Virus record (IMG/VR): IMGVR_UViG_3300049033_000012
Location: 1-43,073 of that record
From: a virus
Taxonomy: Duplodnaviria > Caudoviricetes
DNA length: 43,073 bases
Reading direction: 5' to 3' (one strand)
The notes beneath the pieces are model-generated. The model ran no database searches. It was not told the origin of the DNA and saw only the letters and a list, made by a program, of their open reading frames with translations. A program made the position numbers and the translations under genes. Below are positions 35,484 through 43,073 of this stretch, in pieces (position 1 is the first letter of the stretch; each line of letters opens with the position of its first letter).

Positions 35484-35706
35484 CGGTAGGAACGACCCGA
35501 TAGCGGCGGCGGATATGCTTGAAAAAGCTATTCACCCTCCGTCGGAATACGCTCTATCGATCTCCACGTTCTTTCGTCCCGGAAAGCCACTGGCGTTGAA
35601 GGTCTTTATTCGTCCCGAATACAGTTATTTGCGCAACAGGGTGCCTGAGTCCTGTGCCGGATTTGAAATCTTCTCGGAGGTTTCAGCTAGACCTTCGTCT
35701 AATTAA
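35476..35706 (+). CDS. Small partner protein (76 aa) coupled to the protease
   Basis: GGAGG RBS; ATG overlaps the protease 3' end by 8 nt; shared terminator follows. Confidence 0.8.
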   Translation: MSNGRNDPIAAADMLEKAIHPPSEYALSISTFFRPGKPLALKVFIRPEYSYLRNRVPESCAGFEIFSEVSARPSSN

Positions 35707-35713
35707 TGGCATG

Positions 35714-35744
35714 AAAAGCCCGCGAATTGAGCGGGCTTTTCTTT
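35714..35744. terminator. Bidirectional intrinsic terminator
   Basis: AAAAGCCCGC-loop-GCGGGCTTTT between convergent genes. Confidence 0.85.
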
Positions 35745-35749
35745 GCCTG

Positions 35750-36058
35750 TCAGAAAGGCGCCGGCTCCTCAACTCTCTCGACTACCTCCACCGGCCGTTC
35801 TTTCTCGGAGCACGCCTCCCACCGCAGCGTCACCGTCCCGTCGTCGTTGAACGTGATGTCAATGCCGTCCGTTTCGGATAGGACGCCCATAACCTCCTCC
35901 CACTCTCGATCCCCATCGCTGTCAAGGCGATGGATCGTCACCCAGCGCTGAATCTGCGCAACCGGGTGGTTGATCATATTCGAAACTCTCAAGCCGAGCC
36001 GCTCTAGCCCGGTCATTTCCCGCTGAGATGAATCTTTTTTAGTCCCCTGCTCTGCCAT
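35750..36058 (-). CDS. DUF1654-like protein
   Basis: ERLGLRVSNMINHPVAQ...DDGTVTLRWE; GGAGGT RBS. Confidence 0.8.
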   Translation of the reverse strand: MAEQGTKKDSSQREMTGLERLGLRVSNMINHPVAQIQRWVTIHRLDSDGDREWEEVMGVLSETDGIDITFNDDGTVTLRWEACSEKERPVEVVERVEEPAPF

Positions 36059-36076
36059 TCCTCACCTCCTATAGTG

Positions 36077-36092
36077 CTGTATATCCATACAG
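36077..36092. promoter_or_regulatory. LexA (SOS) box
   Basis: CTGTATATCCATACAG, near consensus, 18 bp upstream of the DUF1654-like start. Confidence 0.88.
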
Positions 36093-36176
36093 GTTTAGCA
36101 AAGCCTATCGCAGCAGCAGAGAAAAGTAACCCCCTCGCGTAGACCAATTCCCTGGAGAAAAAAATATGAAAATAAT

Positions 36177-36219
36177 TAGGCATTACCTATTTACACACTA
36201 TTAGGCATTGGCTTATTGT
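36177..36219 (+). promoter_or_regulatory. OL operators and pL promoter
   Basis: TAGGCATTACCTA 36177-36189 and TAGGCATTGGCTT 36202-36214 match the OR sites; TTTACA-18bp-TATTGT. Confidence 0.8.
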
Positions 36220-36268
36220 TTGTCTATCGAGACGCGACAGCGACTCGCCAGGGCCTCAACAGACCCGC

Positions 36269-36281
36269 TGCTCTTTAACAA
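36269..36281 (+). promoter_or_regulatory. boxA antitermination element
   Basis: TGCTCTTTAACAA matches the rrn-type boxA consensus, about 50 nt downstream of the pL -10. Confidence 0.85.
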
Positions 36282-36560
36282 CCCGCGCCATAAACGATTA
36301 CCCGGCTCACGCTGGGAGGTCAGCCCCGGCCACACCTGTGGGGCGAGATGAAGTCAGGTGAACAAAACCGCACTTGCCTCTACCGGCGACCGGCGATCCG
36401 ACAGGCCCGAAAGCCTGCCCACGCGCAGACCACTGCGACGGCGGACGAGGTGTTGACCGAACTGAGTGAATGACCCGGTAAGCGGGTGCGGAGAAACACG
36501 GAATTTTTCACTGATGCACCTGGTGACGGGTGCATTGGGAAAACAACCGGGAGGTGCGCG

Positions 36561-36821
36561 ATGAGTACTTCAGTTTTTGAAGTGAGTGATGAGGTAGTGA
36601 ACGAGGCGGCGGCATCTTGCGCCCGGCGTCTCGCCAAGTGGTTCGGCGGCATCGACGAGGCGATTGCAGCGCTTGAGGCTGACCCTACCGGCCTGGCCGA
36701 TATCGCACTGCGCGACCATGTCAAAGAACGTCGCCAGATGACGGTCAAGGCGCACATGAATATTCAGGCCTTCAGCCGGGAAGTTCTTGAAAAGGTCTCT
36801 GAAGAGAGAGCAAGACGATGA
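36561..36821 (+). CDS. Hypothetical protein (first pL gene)
   Basis: GGAGGT RBS; ATGA coupling to the next gene. Confidence 0.75.
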   Translation: MSTSVFEVSDEVVNEAAASCARRLAKWFGGIDEAIAALEADPTGLADIALRDHVKERRQMTVKAHMNIQAFSREVLEKVSEERARR

Positions 36822-37015
36822 ACAAGGTCATTCACATCACCCTGCGCGGAGAGTTGCAGGTATTTGCGGATAACGACCTGGGCGCCTGCATCCGCGAGGC
36901 AAACAGGCTCAACGCTGAGCGTGGATACACCAGTGGCGTTGGCGTCGTTGAGTGCGAAGACGGCCATCGAATGACGGCAGCCGACTGCAAGGCCGCTGCC
37001 CGATCCTCTCTATGA
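36818..37015 (+). CDS. Hypothetical protein
   Basis: Coupled ORF in the pL operon. Confidence 0.7.
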   Translation: MNKVIHITLRGELQVFADNDLGACIREANRLNAERGYTSGVGVVECEDGHRMTAADCKAAARSSL

Positions 37016-37018
37016 GAG

Positions 37019-37113
37019 CGCATCGGGGTGTGATCTGCCTGGACGCAATCCGGGTTCCCGCTTCCAAAGGGCCGAGGGCTACCAGACCCAGTAGGCGATC
37101 ACACCCCGATGCG
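37019..37113. repeat. Perfect 17-bp inverted repeat enclosing 61 nt
   Basis: CGCATCGGGGTGTGATC ... GATCACACCCCGATGCG. Confidence 0.9.
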
Positions 37114-37361
37114 GACGAAACTGCGGCCTATAACCGCCCACCTGCATCAACCGGCGAATAGCTTAACTCGCATTGCGCAGAGTCAGCGCCAACCTGGTAT
37201 TGGCGAGCTACCTTGATCTGGCACAAGCGCCGTGACAGCCGGGAAAGACCGGCACCCTCCCCCGACCAATCCCGCATGCACATGACACCGCGCCCCACGG
37301 CAACCAGCGGAAGGATCGTGTGCAGCCGGAATTTGTTGGATCAACCAATGAGGAAGCCAGC

Positions 37362-37649
37362 ATGTGTACCTGCAAACAAGATACCGAAGCGCGACTGCTT
37401 GAAGCTCTGCCCGCCGAACTTCCGGAAGGCTTCAAGGGCTTGAGTGCTCGGCTGACCGGCTACGCAATGATGTTTGGCGGCCAGAGGGCGCAGTTCAAGC
37501 AGGTCATGCCAATCGAAGTCACGTTTCAGGTCCCGACCAAGGCCGGCGTGATGAAGGACAAGAAGCGGTCGATGAGCATGCTGGCGAACTACTGCATGTT
37601 CTGCGGCGAGAAGTACGACAAGGACGAGCCGGCAGTTGCCGCCGCCTAA
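37362..37649 (+). CDS. Small Zn-binding hypothetical protein
   Basis: MCTC...YCMFCG; GAGG RBS. Confidence 0.75.
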   Translation: MCTCKQDTEARLLEALPAELPEGFKGLSARLTGYAMMFGGQRAQFKQVMPIEVTFQVPTKAGVMKDKKRSMSMLANYCMFCGEKYDKDEPAVAAA

Positions 37650-37674
37650 CCGGATCAACCAGATGGAGAGAATC

Positions 37675-37866
37675 ATGAGCGAGCAACGAGCGCCGTATCC
37701 ACGGTCGGCGAACAACGCTGACCAGATGAATCTGCCCGAGGGCAAGACCTGCGGCGACTGTGTGCATTGCCGCCGCTGCACCGCGATGTTCGGCCATATC
37801 CCGGCTGATGAGTCGTGCGACTGGAGCCCTTCGCGCTTTCGTGAGGCCGTTCCGGCCACCGTCTAA
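37675..37866 (+). CDS. Small Cys-rich hypothetical protein
   Basis: CGDCVHCRRC...CDW; GGAG RBS. Confidence 0.7.
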   Translation: MSEQRAPYPRSANNADQMNLPEGKTCGDCVHCRRCTAMFGHIPADESCDWSPSRFREAVPATV

Positions 37867-37887
37867 CCCCAAACACTGGAGGTCGCC

Positions 37888-38166
37888 ATGCATAGCTGTA
37901 CTGAAACTCAAGCGGTGTGCCGAGGGTGCGGCCTCAAGTTGCGCGGATCGCCTTCCTGGAAGGCCGGTCTCGCCTATCACCCCGAGCTGAGAGGTGAAGT
38001 CCACCGCTGCCACTACGGCGGCTGGGTTTGCTCGCGCCGCTGCGACATCCGCGCCTGCGTCGAGCTGGAAGGAACCATGCCCGGTTGCGGATCCGTGGAC
38101 GGCTATGCGCGCTTATCGCCGTATGCCAAAGAAAGCATTGATCGCCACTGGTCGGAGGTCGCATGA
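37888..38166 (+). CDS. Cys-rich hypothetical protein
   Basis: CRGC...CSRRC; GGAGGT RBS. Confidence 0.7.
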   Translation: MHSCTETQAVCRGCGLKLRGSPSWKAGLAYHPELRGEVHRCHYGGWVCSRRCDIRACVELEGTMPGCGSVDGYARLSPYAKESIDRHWSEVA

Positions 38167-38585
38167 ACGCCGCACTGAAGATTTGTCAGGCCATGCACGA
38201 CACGCAGTTGCCTCCAATGGTGAGCGAGAGCCTTCGGGAGGTTGCGCGGGCTGAGTGGCTGTACAACGCGGCCGAGAGCCTGCTCCGGGGCGTGGACGTG
38301 AAGATCCAGCGTCGTTGGCATCAAGCGCGGCTCGTCACCGTGGCTGACCTGGCCCTCGCCGTGGATGAGCACGTGAACAACCGGCTCGCGGACTGCAAGG
38401 TCCGCACTCCGGCGTTGGGCTGGCTGCTGCTGTCAGCGGATGGCCGGGCCGACAAGAACGCCGTGGCCGAACTTCTCGGCCCCAGCGACCACCCCTTCGG
38501 CAAGCTCGGCGAAATCGCACAGGCCCTACTTGAGCCCTTGGCCGATGACGCTCTGATCGCCCAGGCAGAGGACAACGAACTGTGA
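38163..38585 (+). CDS. Hypothetical protein
   Basis: ATGA coupling; GGAGGT RBS. Confidence 0.75.
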   Translation: MNAALKICQAMHDTQLPPMVSESLREVARAEWLYNAAESLLRGVDVKIQRRWHQARLVTVADLALAVDEHVNNRLADCKVRTPALGWLLLSADGRADKNAVAELLGPSDHPFGKLGEIAQALLEPLADDALIAQAEDNEL

Positions 38586-38773
38586 GCCCTCACATCCTCA
38601 TCGGCGAGGCACTGGACAGCCTGGATCACCCAGAAAGCCCGCCCGGCGCCGGAAAAATCGTGCTGCAAATGATCACCAAAATGATGGAAGGCGGCGCCAT
38701 CAGCGTTGAAGAGTTCAACCACTACTGCAAGCGCCTCCTGAAAATCACCAGGCAGCGCAAGGAGGCGTCATGA
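38582..38773 (+). CDS. Hypothetical protein
   Basis: GTGA coupling. Confidence 0.7.
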   Translation: MSPHILIGEALDSLDHPESPPGAGKIVLQMITKMMEGGAISVEEFNHYCKRLLKITRQRKEAS

Positions 38774-38940
38774 GCACTGCACCGGTTAAAACGCTGCTGG
38801 ATGAGCAGCTCGAAGAGATTGAACGCAGCCTTGCGATAGTGGGCGCTGGCATTCCGCGCGAGCTGCCTGTTTCTTCGCTCCCACCAAAGCTGGTGGCGGC
38901 CATCAAGTCCGGCCGGATCGCCGTGAGGGCTCGGCCATGA
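38770..38940 (+). CDS. Hypothetical protein (56 aa, absent from the ORF track)
   Basis: MSTAPVKTLLDEQLEEIER...; GGAGG RBS; ATGA overlaps on both sides. Confidence 0.7.
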   Translation: MSTAPVKTLLDEQLEEIERSLAIVGAGIPRELPVSSLPPKLVAAIKSGRIAVRARP

Positions 38941-39056
38941 AAGCCATAACCTGGATCCTCGCCTCCGCCTTGCTCATGACCATGCTGGCCTACACCGTGG
39001 TACAGGAGCGCTCCAGGGCTTGCTCGGTCACTCAGATATCGCAGGTGCTGCGGTGA
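38937..39056 (+). CDS. Small membrane protein (39 aa)
   Basis: MKAITWILASALLMTMLAYTVV...; coupled on both sides. Confidence 0.6.
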   Translation: MKAITWILASALLMTMLAYTVVQERSRACSVTQISQVLR

Positions 39057-39169
39057 CTGCCCGCCAGCGCGCCAGGCGCTTCCTGATCTGGCGCGGATCG
39101 TTCTCGGCCATCACCTTCTGCACTCTCATGATGTTGCTTGGCGCCCTCGCCGACCGCATCACTCAATAG
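39053..39169 (+). CDS. Small membrane protein (38 aa)
   Basis: GTG start, basic N-terminus followed by a hydrophobic helix; GTGA coupling. Confidence 0.6.
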   Translation: MTARQRARRFLIWRGSFSAITFCTLMMLLGALADRITQ

Positions 39170-39178
39170 GAAACCAAC

Positions 39179-39688
39179 ATGTCTCTCGATCCTCGGGCAA
39201 ACGCCCCCGAGCGCATTGCTGCGCCCGCTCCGCTGCCTCACGTCAGCCGCCGCGCACTCAAACGCGTGAAGAACCCAATCCCCGCACCAACCGTCTGCCG
39301 CTACTGCGACGACGAGGTTCACCTGGTTTGTAACTCGGAAATCTACCGGGGTCGCAGCTACGGGGATTGGCCGTACGCCTACCTCTGCCAAGGGTGCAGA
39401 GCCTATGTAGGTCTTCACCCTGACACGGACATCCCGCTGGGCACGCTGGCCGACGACAAGCTGCGGGCCGTGCGCAACCGCACCAAGGCTGTGTTTCACG
39501 ATTACATGAAGAAAGCCGGCATGAGTCGAACCGGCGCCTACCAGTGGCTTGCCGGCCAAATGAACATCGATGTCGGCGTCTGCCACTTCGGTTGGTTCGA
39601 TCATGCCGAATGCCTCGCGGCTGAAAAGGTCGTCGAGCGGTCAGCGCCTCAAACCGCAATGGCCCAGGCGTTCGCCAAGGCTCAATAA
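39179..39688 (+). CDS. DUF3268-like zinc-finger protein
   Basis: CRYC...YLCQGCRAYVGLHP...PLGTLAD...AYQWLA...CHFGWF. Confidence 0.85.
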   Translation: MSLDPRANAPERIAAPAPLPHVSRRALKRVKNPIPAPTVCRYCDDEVHLVCNSEIYRGRSYGDWPYAYLCQGCRAYVGLHPDTDIPLGTLADDKLRAVRNRTKAVFHDYMKKAGMSRTGAYQWLAGQMNIDVGVCHFGWFDHAECLAAEKVVERSAPQTAMAQAFAKAQ

Positions 39689-39732
39689 CTCACACCTTCA
39701 AGCGCTGCGCACGTCGCGGCAAGGATTCGCTC

Positions 39733-40833
39733 GTGTCCGCAAATACCGAACTGGCCGTAGTGCCGCCGGCAGAAACCGCCTTGGCCGTTTACAGCACGCC
39801 GAACGGCCTGGAGCCATGGCTTCAACAAATCCGCGACAAGATCGACGGTTTCACACCGGACATCAGTACCCGCAAGGGGCGTGATGCAATCGCCTCAATG
39901 GCCTACGCGGTCGCCCGCTCCAAGACCGCCCTGGATGACGTGGGCAAAAAGCTGGTGGCGGATCTGAAGGAAGTGCCGAAGAAGATCGACGCCGAGCGAA
40001 AGCGCGTTCGGGACACCCTGGAAGTTTGGCAGGAAGAGGTTCGCCGGCCGCTGAACGAATGGCAGGCCGCCGAGGATGCGAGGGTCGACAAACACAATGA
40101 CGGCATCGACTGGCTCCGAAACCGCGACGACATGCTGGCTGAGCTGACATCAGAGCAGATCAAGCAGCGAATCGCCAAAGCCGAGGCGGTCGAAATTGGT
40201 GTCCACTGGGAGGAATTCGAGGCGGAGGCGGCGAGGGCTAAGGACAAGGTTCTGGGCGCGTTGCGCGCTGGACTTGCCAAGCGCGAGGCCTTCGAAGCGG
40301 ACCAAGCCGAACTGGCGCAGCGCCGCGCCGAAGACGAGGCCCGCGAGAAGAAAGAGCGCGAAGACCGTATCGCCCGTGAGGCCGCCGAACGCGCCACCCG
40401 CGAAGCAGAGGAAAAGGCTCAACGTGAGCGTGATGCCACCGCTCAACGCGAACGAGACGAGAAGGCCGCCGCCGAAAAGCGGGAGAGCGACCTGAAGCTA
40501 GCAGCCGCCGAATCCGAACGCAGAGCAGAGCAGGCCAAACGGGAAAAACTTGAAGCGGACCAGAGGGGCGAGCGCGACCGCCTGCAGGCGATCGAAGACC
40601 AGAAGCAGGCGGTCGAGAAAGCCCGCCTCGCCGAGATCGCCCGCCAGAAAGCAGCAGCGGACGAAATCATCCGCCAACAGGAAGCTCGTGAGGCAGACCT
40701 GGAACACAAGAAATCAATCAACCGCGCCGCCCTGGAAGCATTCGTTGCCGGCGGCATGACCGAGGAATGCGCCAAGCAGGCAATCACTCTGATCGCCCAG
40801 CGCAAGATCCCCGCAATCTTCATCCAGTACTGA
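39733..40833 (+). CDS. Conserved phage coiled-coil protein of the recombination region
   Basis: KGRDAIASMAYAVARSKT...PKKIDAER; E/R/A-rich helix; HKKSINRAAL. Confidence 0.8.
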   Translation: MSANTELAVVPPAETALAVYSTPNGLEPWLQQIRDKIDGFTPDISTRKGRDAIASMAYAVARSKTALDDVGKKLVADLKEVPKKIDAERKRVRDTLEVWQEEVRRPLNEWQAAEDARVDKHNDGIDWLRNRDDMLAELTSEQIKQRIAKAEAVEIGVHWEEFEAEAARAKDKVLGALRAGLAKREAFEADQAELAQRRAEDEAREKKEREDRIAREAAERATREAEEKAQRERDATAQRERDEKAAAEKRESDLKLAAAESERRAEQAKREKLEADQRGERDRLQAIEDQKQAVEKARLAEIARQKAAADEIIRQQEAREADLEHKKSINRAALEAFVAGGMTEECAKQAITLIAQRKIPAIFIQY

Positions 40834-40843
40834 GGAGCCGACC

Positions 40844-41605
40844 ATGGCCCAGGACATCATCTTGCCGGAACAACGCCGCCAGGCCGTGGCGCCGATCAAA
40901 TCGGACAGTAGCATCCTGGCTGTTATCAGCCGGGCCGCCGCCGACCCAACCTGCGACATCGAGAAAATGGAACGGCTGCTGGTCATGCATGAGCGGATGC
41001 AGGCGCGGGACGCCGAAGCGGAGTTCAACGCCGCGATGGCTGCCATGCAAAGCGACATCCCAAGCATCGCCGAACGCGGTGCCATTGTCGTTAACGGCCA
41101 GAAGCGTAGCGATTACGCGACCTTCGAAGATATCAACGACGTGATCAAGCCGATCATGCAGACCCACGGCTTCGCCATCACCTTCAAGGTTGAGAACGTT
41201 TCGGCGGGTCTGAGCGTGACCGGAATCCTAATGCACCGCGCCGGGCACCGGGAAAGCACAACAATGCTGTTGCCACTCGACACCAGCGGCAGCAAGAACG
41301 CCGTCCAGGCCGTTGGCTCGTCCACCAGCTACGGTAAGCGCTACGTCATGTCCGCCCTACTGAACATCACCACGCGCGGCGAAGACGATGACGGCCATGC
41401 GGCTGTGCCTACAGCAAACGTCACTGCAGCCCAGGCCAGCGCGATCAGTGCCCTCCTCGCCCGCTGCACTGAGAAGACTCGCGACTGGTTCGTCGGCGAA
41501 TACGGAACGCCGGAGTGCGTACCCAAGGCTCGCCACGACATCCTCACCGCCCAGCTCAACAAGGCAATCAAAGCAGCGGAGGCCGTAAATGAAAATCGTG
41601 ACTGA
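40844..41605 (+). CDS. erf: ERF family single-strand annealing protein
   Basis: YATFEDI, QAVGSSTSYGKRY...EDDDG. Confidence 0.92.
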   Translation: MAQDIILPEQRRQAVAPIKSDSSILAVISRAAADPTCDIEKMERLLVMHERMQARDAEAEFNAAMAAMQSDIPSIAERGAIVVNGQKRSDYATFEDINDVIKPIMQTHGFAITFKVENVSAGLSVTGILMHRAGHRESTTMLLPLDTSGSKNAVQAVGSSTSYGKRYVMSALLNITTRGEDDDGHAAVPTANVTAAQASAISALLARCTEKTRDWFVGEYGTPECVPKARHDILTAQLNKAIKAAEAVNENRD

Positions 41606-42206
41606 TATCGAGCAAGGCACGCCTGAATGGCTTGCCCTTCGCCTTGGCATCGCCACGGCGTCCGAACTGGATTGCCTGCTGGTCAGCGGCAAGGGCGAGG
41701 CTGGCTTTGGTGTGGCGGCATTCACCTATATGGATCAGCTCATCGGTGAGCGCATCACCGAGGAGGCTGCCGAGATTCCGTTCCAGACGAAGGCGACCAT
41801 TCGCGGACATGAGCAAGAGCTGGTTGCGCGCAGCCTCTACGAGGGGCGCGAAGAGGTTTCAGCTACCCAGGTCGGCATCATCCTCAACCACGGCATCGGT
41901 TACTCACCTGACGGCCTCGTCGGCGACGTTGGACTCATCGAAATCAAGACAAAGCTCCCGAAATTCCAAGTAGGCGTGATTCTGGCCGACGAGGTGCCGA
42001 AGGAGCACATCCCTCAGTGCCAGGGCGGCTTATGGGTCTCTGAGCGCGAGTGGATTGACTTCATCAGCTACTGGCCGGGCATGCCGCTTTTCGTGAAGCG
42101 CATGTATCGGGACGAAGTGATGATCAGGAAGATCGCCGAGCGGGTGAAGACTTTTTACGAAATCCTCGACGAGCGCATGAACAAAGTCCTGGGGATCGCA
42201 GCATGA
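41589..42206 (+). CDS. YqaJ / lambda exonuclease family protein
   Basis: EQGTPEWLALRLG.ATAS, SPDGL...IEIK, QCQGGLWV. Confidence 0.93.
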   Translation: MKIVTDIEQGTPEWLALRLGIATASELDCLLVSGKGEAGFGVAAFTYMDQLIGERITEEAAEIPFQTKATIRGHEQELVARSLYEGREEVSATQVGIILNHGIGYSPDGLVGDVGLIEIKTKLPKFQVGVILADEVPKEHIPQCQGGLWVSEREWIDFISYWPGMPLFVKRMYRDEVMIRKIAERVKTFYEILDERMNKVLGIAA

Positions 42207-42445
42207 TCAGCAACCACCTCAGCCTGGTCGAGCATCATCGGCCACTGGCAGATTCCATTTCCGAGCGGATCGCCCAGTTCCTGGCGGCCGGCGGCCAGGT
42301 CAACGAACTGCCAAGCCCGCCACGCAATCCCATCCCGCCGCCCCGCTCAACTCGGATAGACCCTGAAACGGTCCTCAAGCGCAAACCCCGGCCTCTGTCC
42401 CTGGCAGAACGCCGCGCCCTGCGCAAGATGGCGGACTCGCTATGA
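42203..42445 (+). CDS. Hypothetical protein
   Basis: FLAAGGQV motif; ATGA coupling. Confidence 0.75.
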   Translation: MISNHLSLVEHHRPLADSISERIAQFLAAGGQVNELPSPPRNPIPPPRSTRIDPETVLKRKPRPLSLAERRALRKMADSL

Positions 42446-42903
42446 GCAAGCGCAAGCCGTGTAATCGGCGAGTTCAAATCGAGCGCAGCATGCGGGCCCT
42501 GGTGAACACGAACCACGCCGCCGTGATCAACATCGACCCCAGTGGATTGCAGGTGATGATCAACTGGAAGAACGGGAAACAGATCCTCTCGCGGCCAGTT
42601 TCCGACGCCCTCTGCGATGTCGCGCACCGCTGGACGATCTACATCGCCGGCATCTGCGTCCGCCAGGACGGTGCCCAGTACATCAAGTCAATCGACATCA
42701 GGCCGGATGGCGTCCACCTGGTGGAGCGGCTTTCGGATGTCCTTGAGCACTTCTACGAAGAGGTGAAGGCCGACTGCAACCCGAACCACCGGATCGGCAT
42801 GGGCTGGCTGGCCGTGCCCGGTGACACGCCGGTGCCCGAGGCGCGATTGTCTGCGCTACTGGATGCCGTAGGCGCCTGGGGCCAAATCAAGGAAGCAGCG
42901 TGA
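42442..42903 (+). CDS. Hypothetical protein
   Basis: ATGA coupling; 153 aa. Confidence 0.75.
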   Translation: MSKRKPCNRRVQIERSMRALVNTNHAAVINIDPSGLQVMINWKNGKQILSRPVSDALCDVAHRWTIYIAGICVRQDGAQYIKSIDIRPDGVHLVERLSDVLEHFYEEVKADCNPNHRIGMGWLAVPGDTPVPEARLSALLDAVGAWGQIKEAA

Positions 42904-42978
42904 GACGTTTTCGCACCCAACCACGCAAACGACAGACTTGGCTGGCACTGCCGGCCAGTGGAATAACGGAGACCTGCC

Positions 42979-43073
42979 ATGGCTGCAGCTCAGAAAGAAA
43001 GGTCAGCGAAGACCGCGGCGAAGCGAAAGAGCCGCGGCGAGGAGGAGTTGCGGCTACACACGCTGGCCGGAAC
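42979..43073 (+). CDS. Hypothetical protein, 3'-partial
   Basis: GGAG RBS; MAAAQKERSAKTAAKRK... runs off the window. Confidence 0.55.
   Translation, partial: MAAAQKERSAKTAAKRKSRGEEELRLHTLAG

Larger units (their letters stand above)
717..43073. mobile_element. Lambdoid siphovirus-type prophage (partial; integrase and att sites not in window)
   Basis: Ordered lysis, tail, head, packaging, replication, immunity and recombination modules; left boundary uncertain and right end runs off the window. Confidence 0.97.

Noticed and set aside
36505-36545. CTGATG...GAAA resembling a hammerhead ribozyme core
   Set aside because: Reads CTGATGC rather than CTGANGA, and the required three-stem arrangement is absent; a simple hairpin explains it
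39733-40833. TolA-like or SMC-like call
   Set aside because: The resemblance comes only from low-complexity coiled coil; no TM anchor or ATPase motifs

Overview
The whole window is the interior of a lambdoid (siphovirus-type) prophage. GC content and gene content suggest a Pseudomonas host (inference). Minus strand, read right to left: cro, two small regulators, Rha/KilAC antirepressor, O/P-like replication genes with iterons, nin genes, a Q-position antiterminator with a late promoter, morons, a holin pair, terminase, portal, head, tail (with a side fibre inserted between M and L and morons between K and I), GH19 endolysin and Rz/Rz1 spanins. Plus strand: cI repressor, a two-gene cassette in the lambda rexAB position, and the pL early operon (small Cys-rich proteins, ERF, YqaJ exonuclease). 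No integrase or att site is visible. The strongest novelty candidate is the cassette behind cI (34296-35706): a cytoplasmic Nal1-like trypsin protease with an intact triad, translationally coupled to a 76-aa protein that resembles the protease's own N-terminal domain, possibly a protease-based anti-phage or abortive-infection system. Other signals: a sar-like antisense RNA over the antirepressor RBS, three copies of a 34-35 bp dyad element at module junctions, boxA plus structured RNA with no recognisable N gene, a 20-nt hairpin motif shared by the early and late leaders, GGA hairpins before the scaffold gene, and a 3x7-aa repeat insert in J that may dock a T4 gp10-like fibre N-terminus. All family calls come from motif recognition and synteny, not from database searches.
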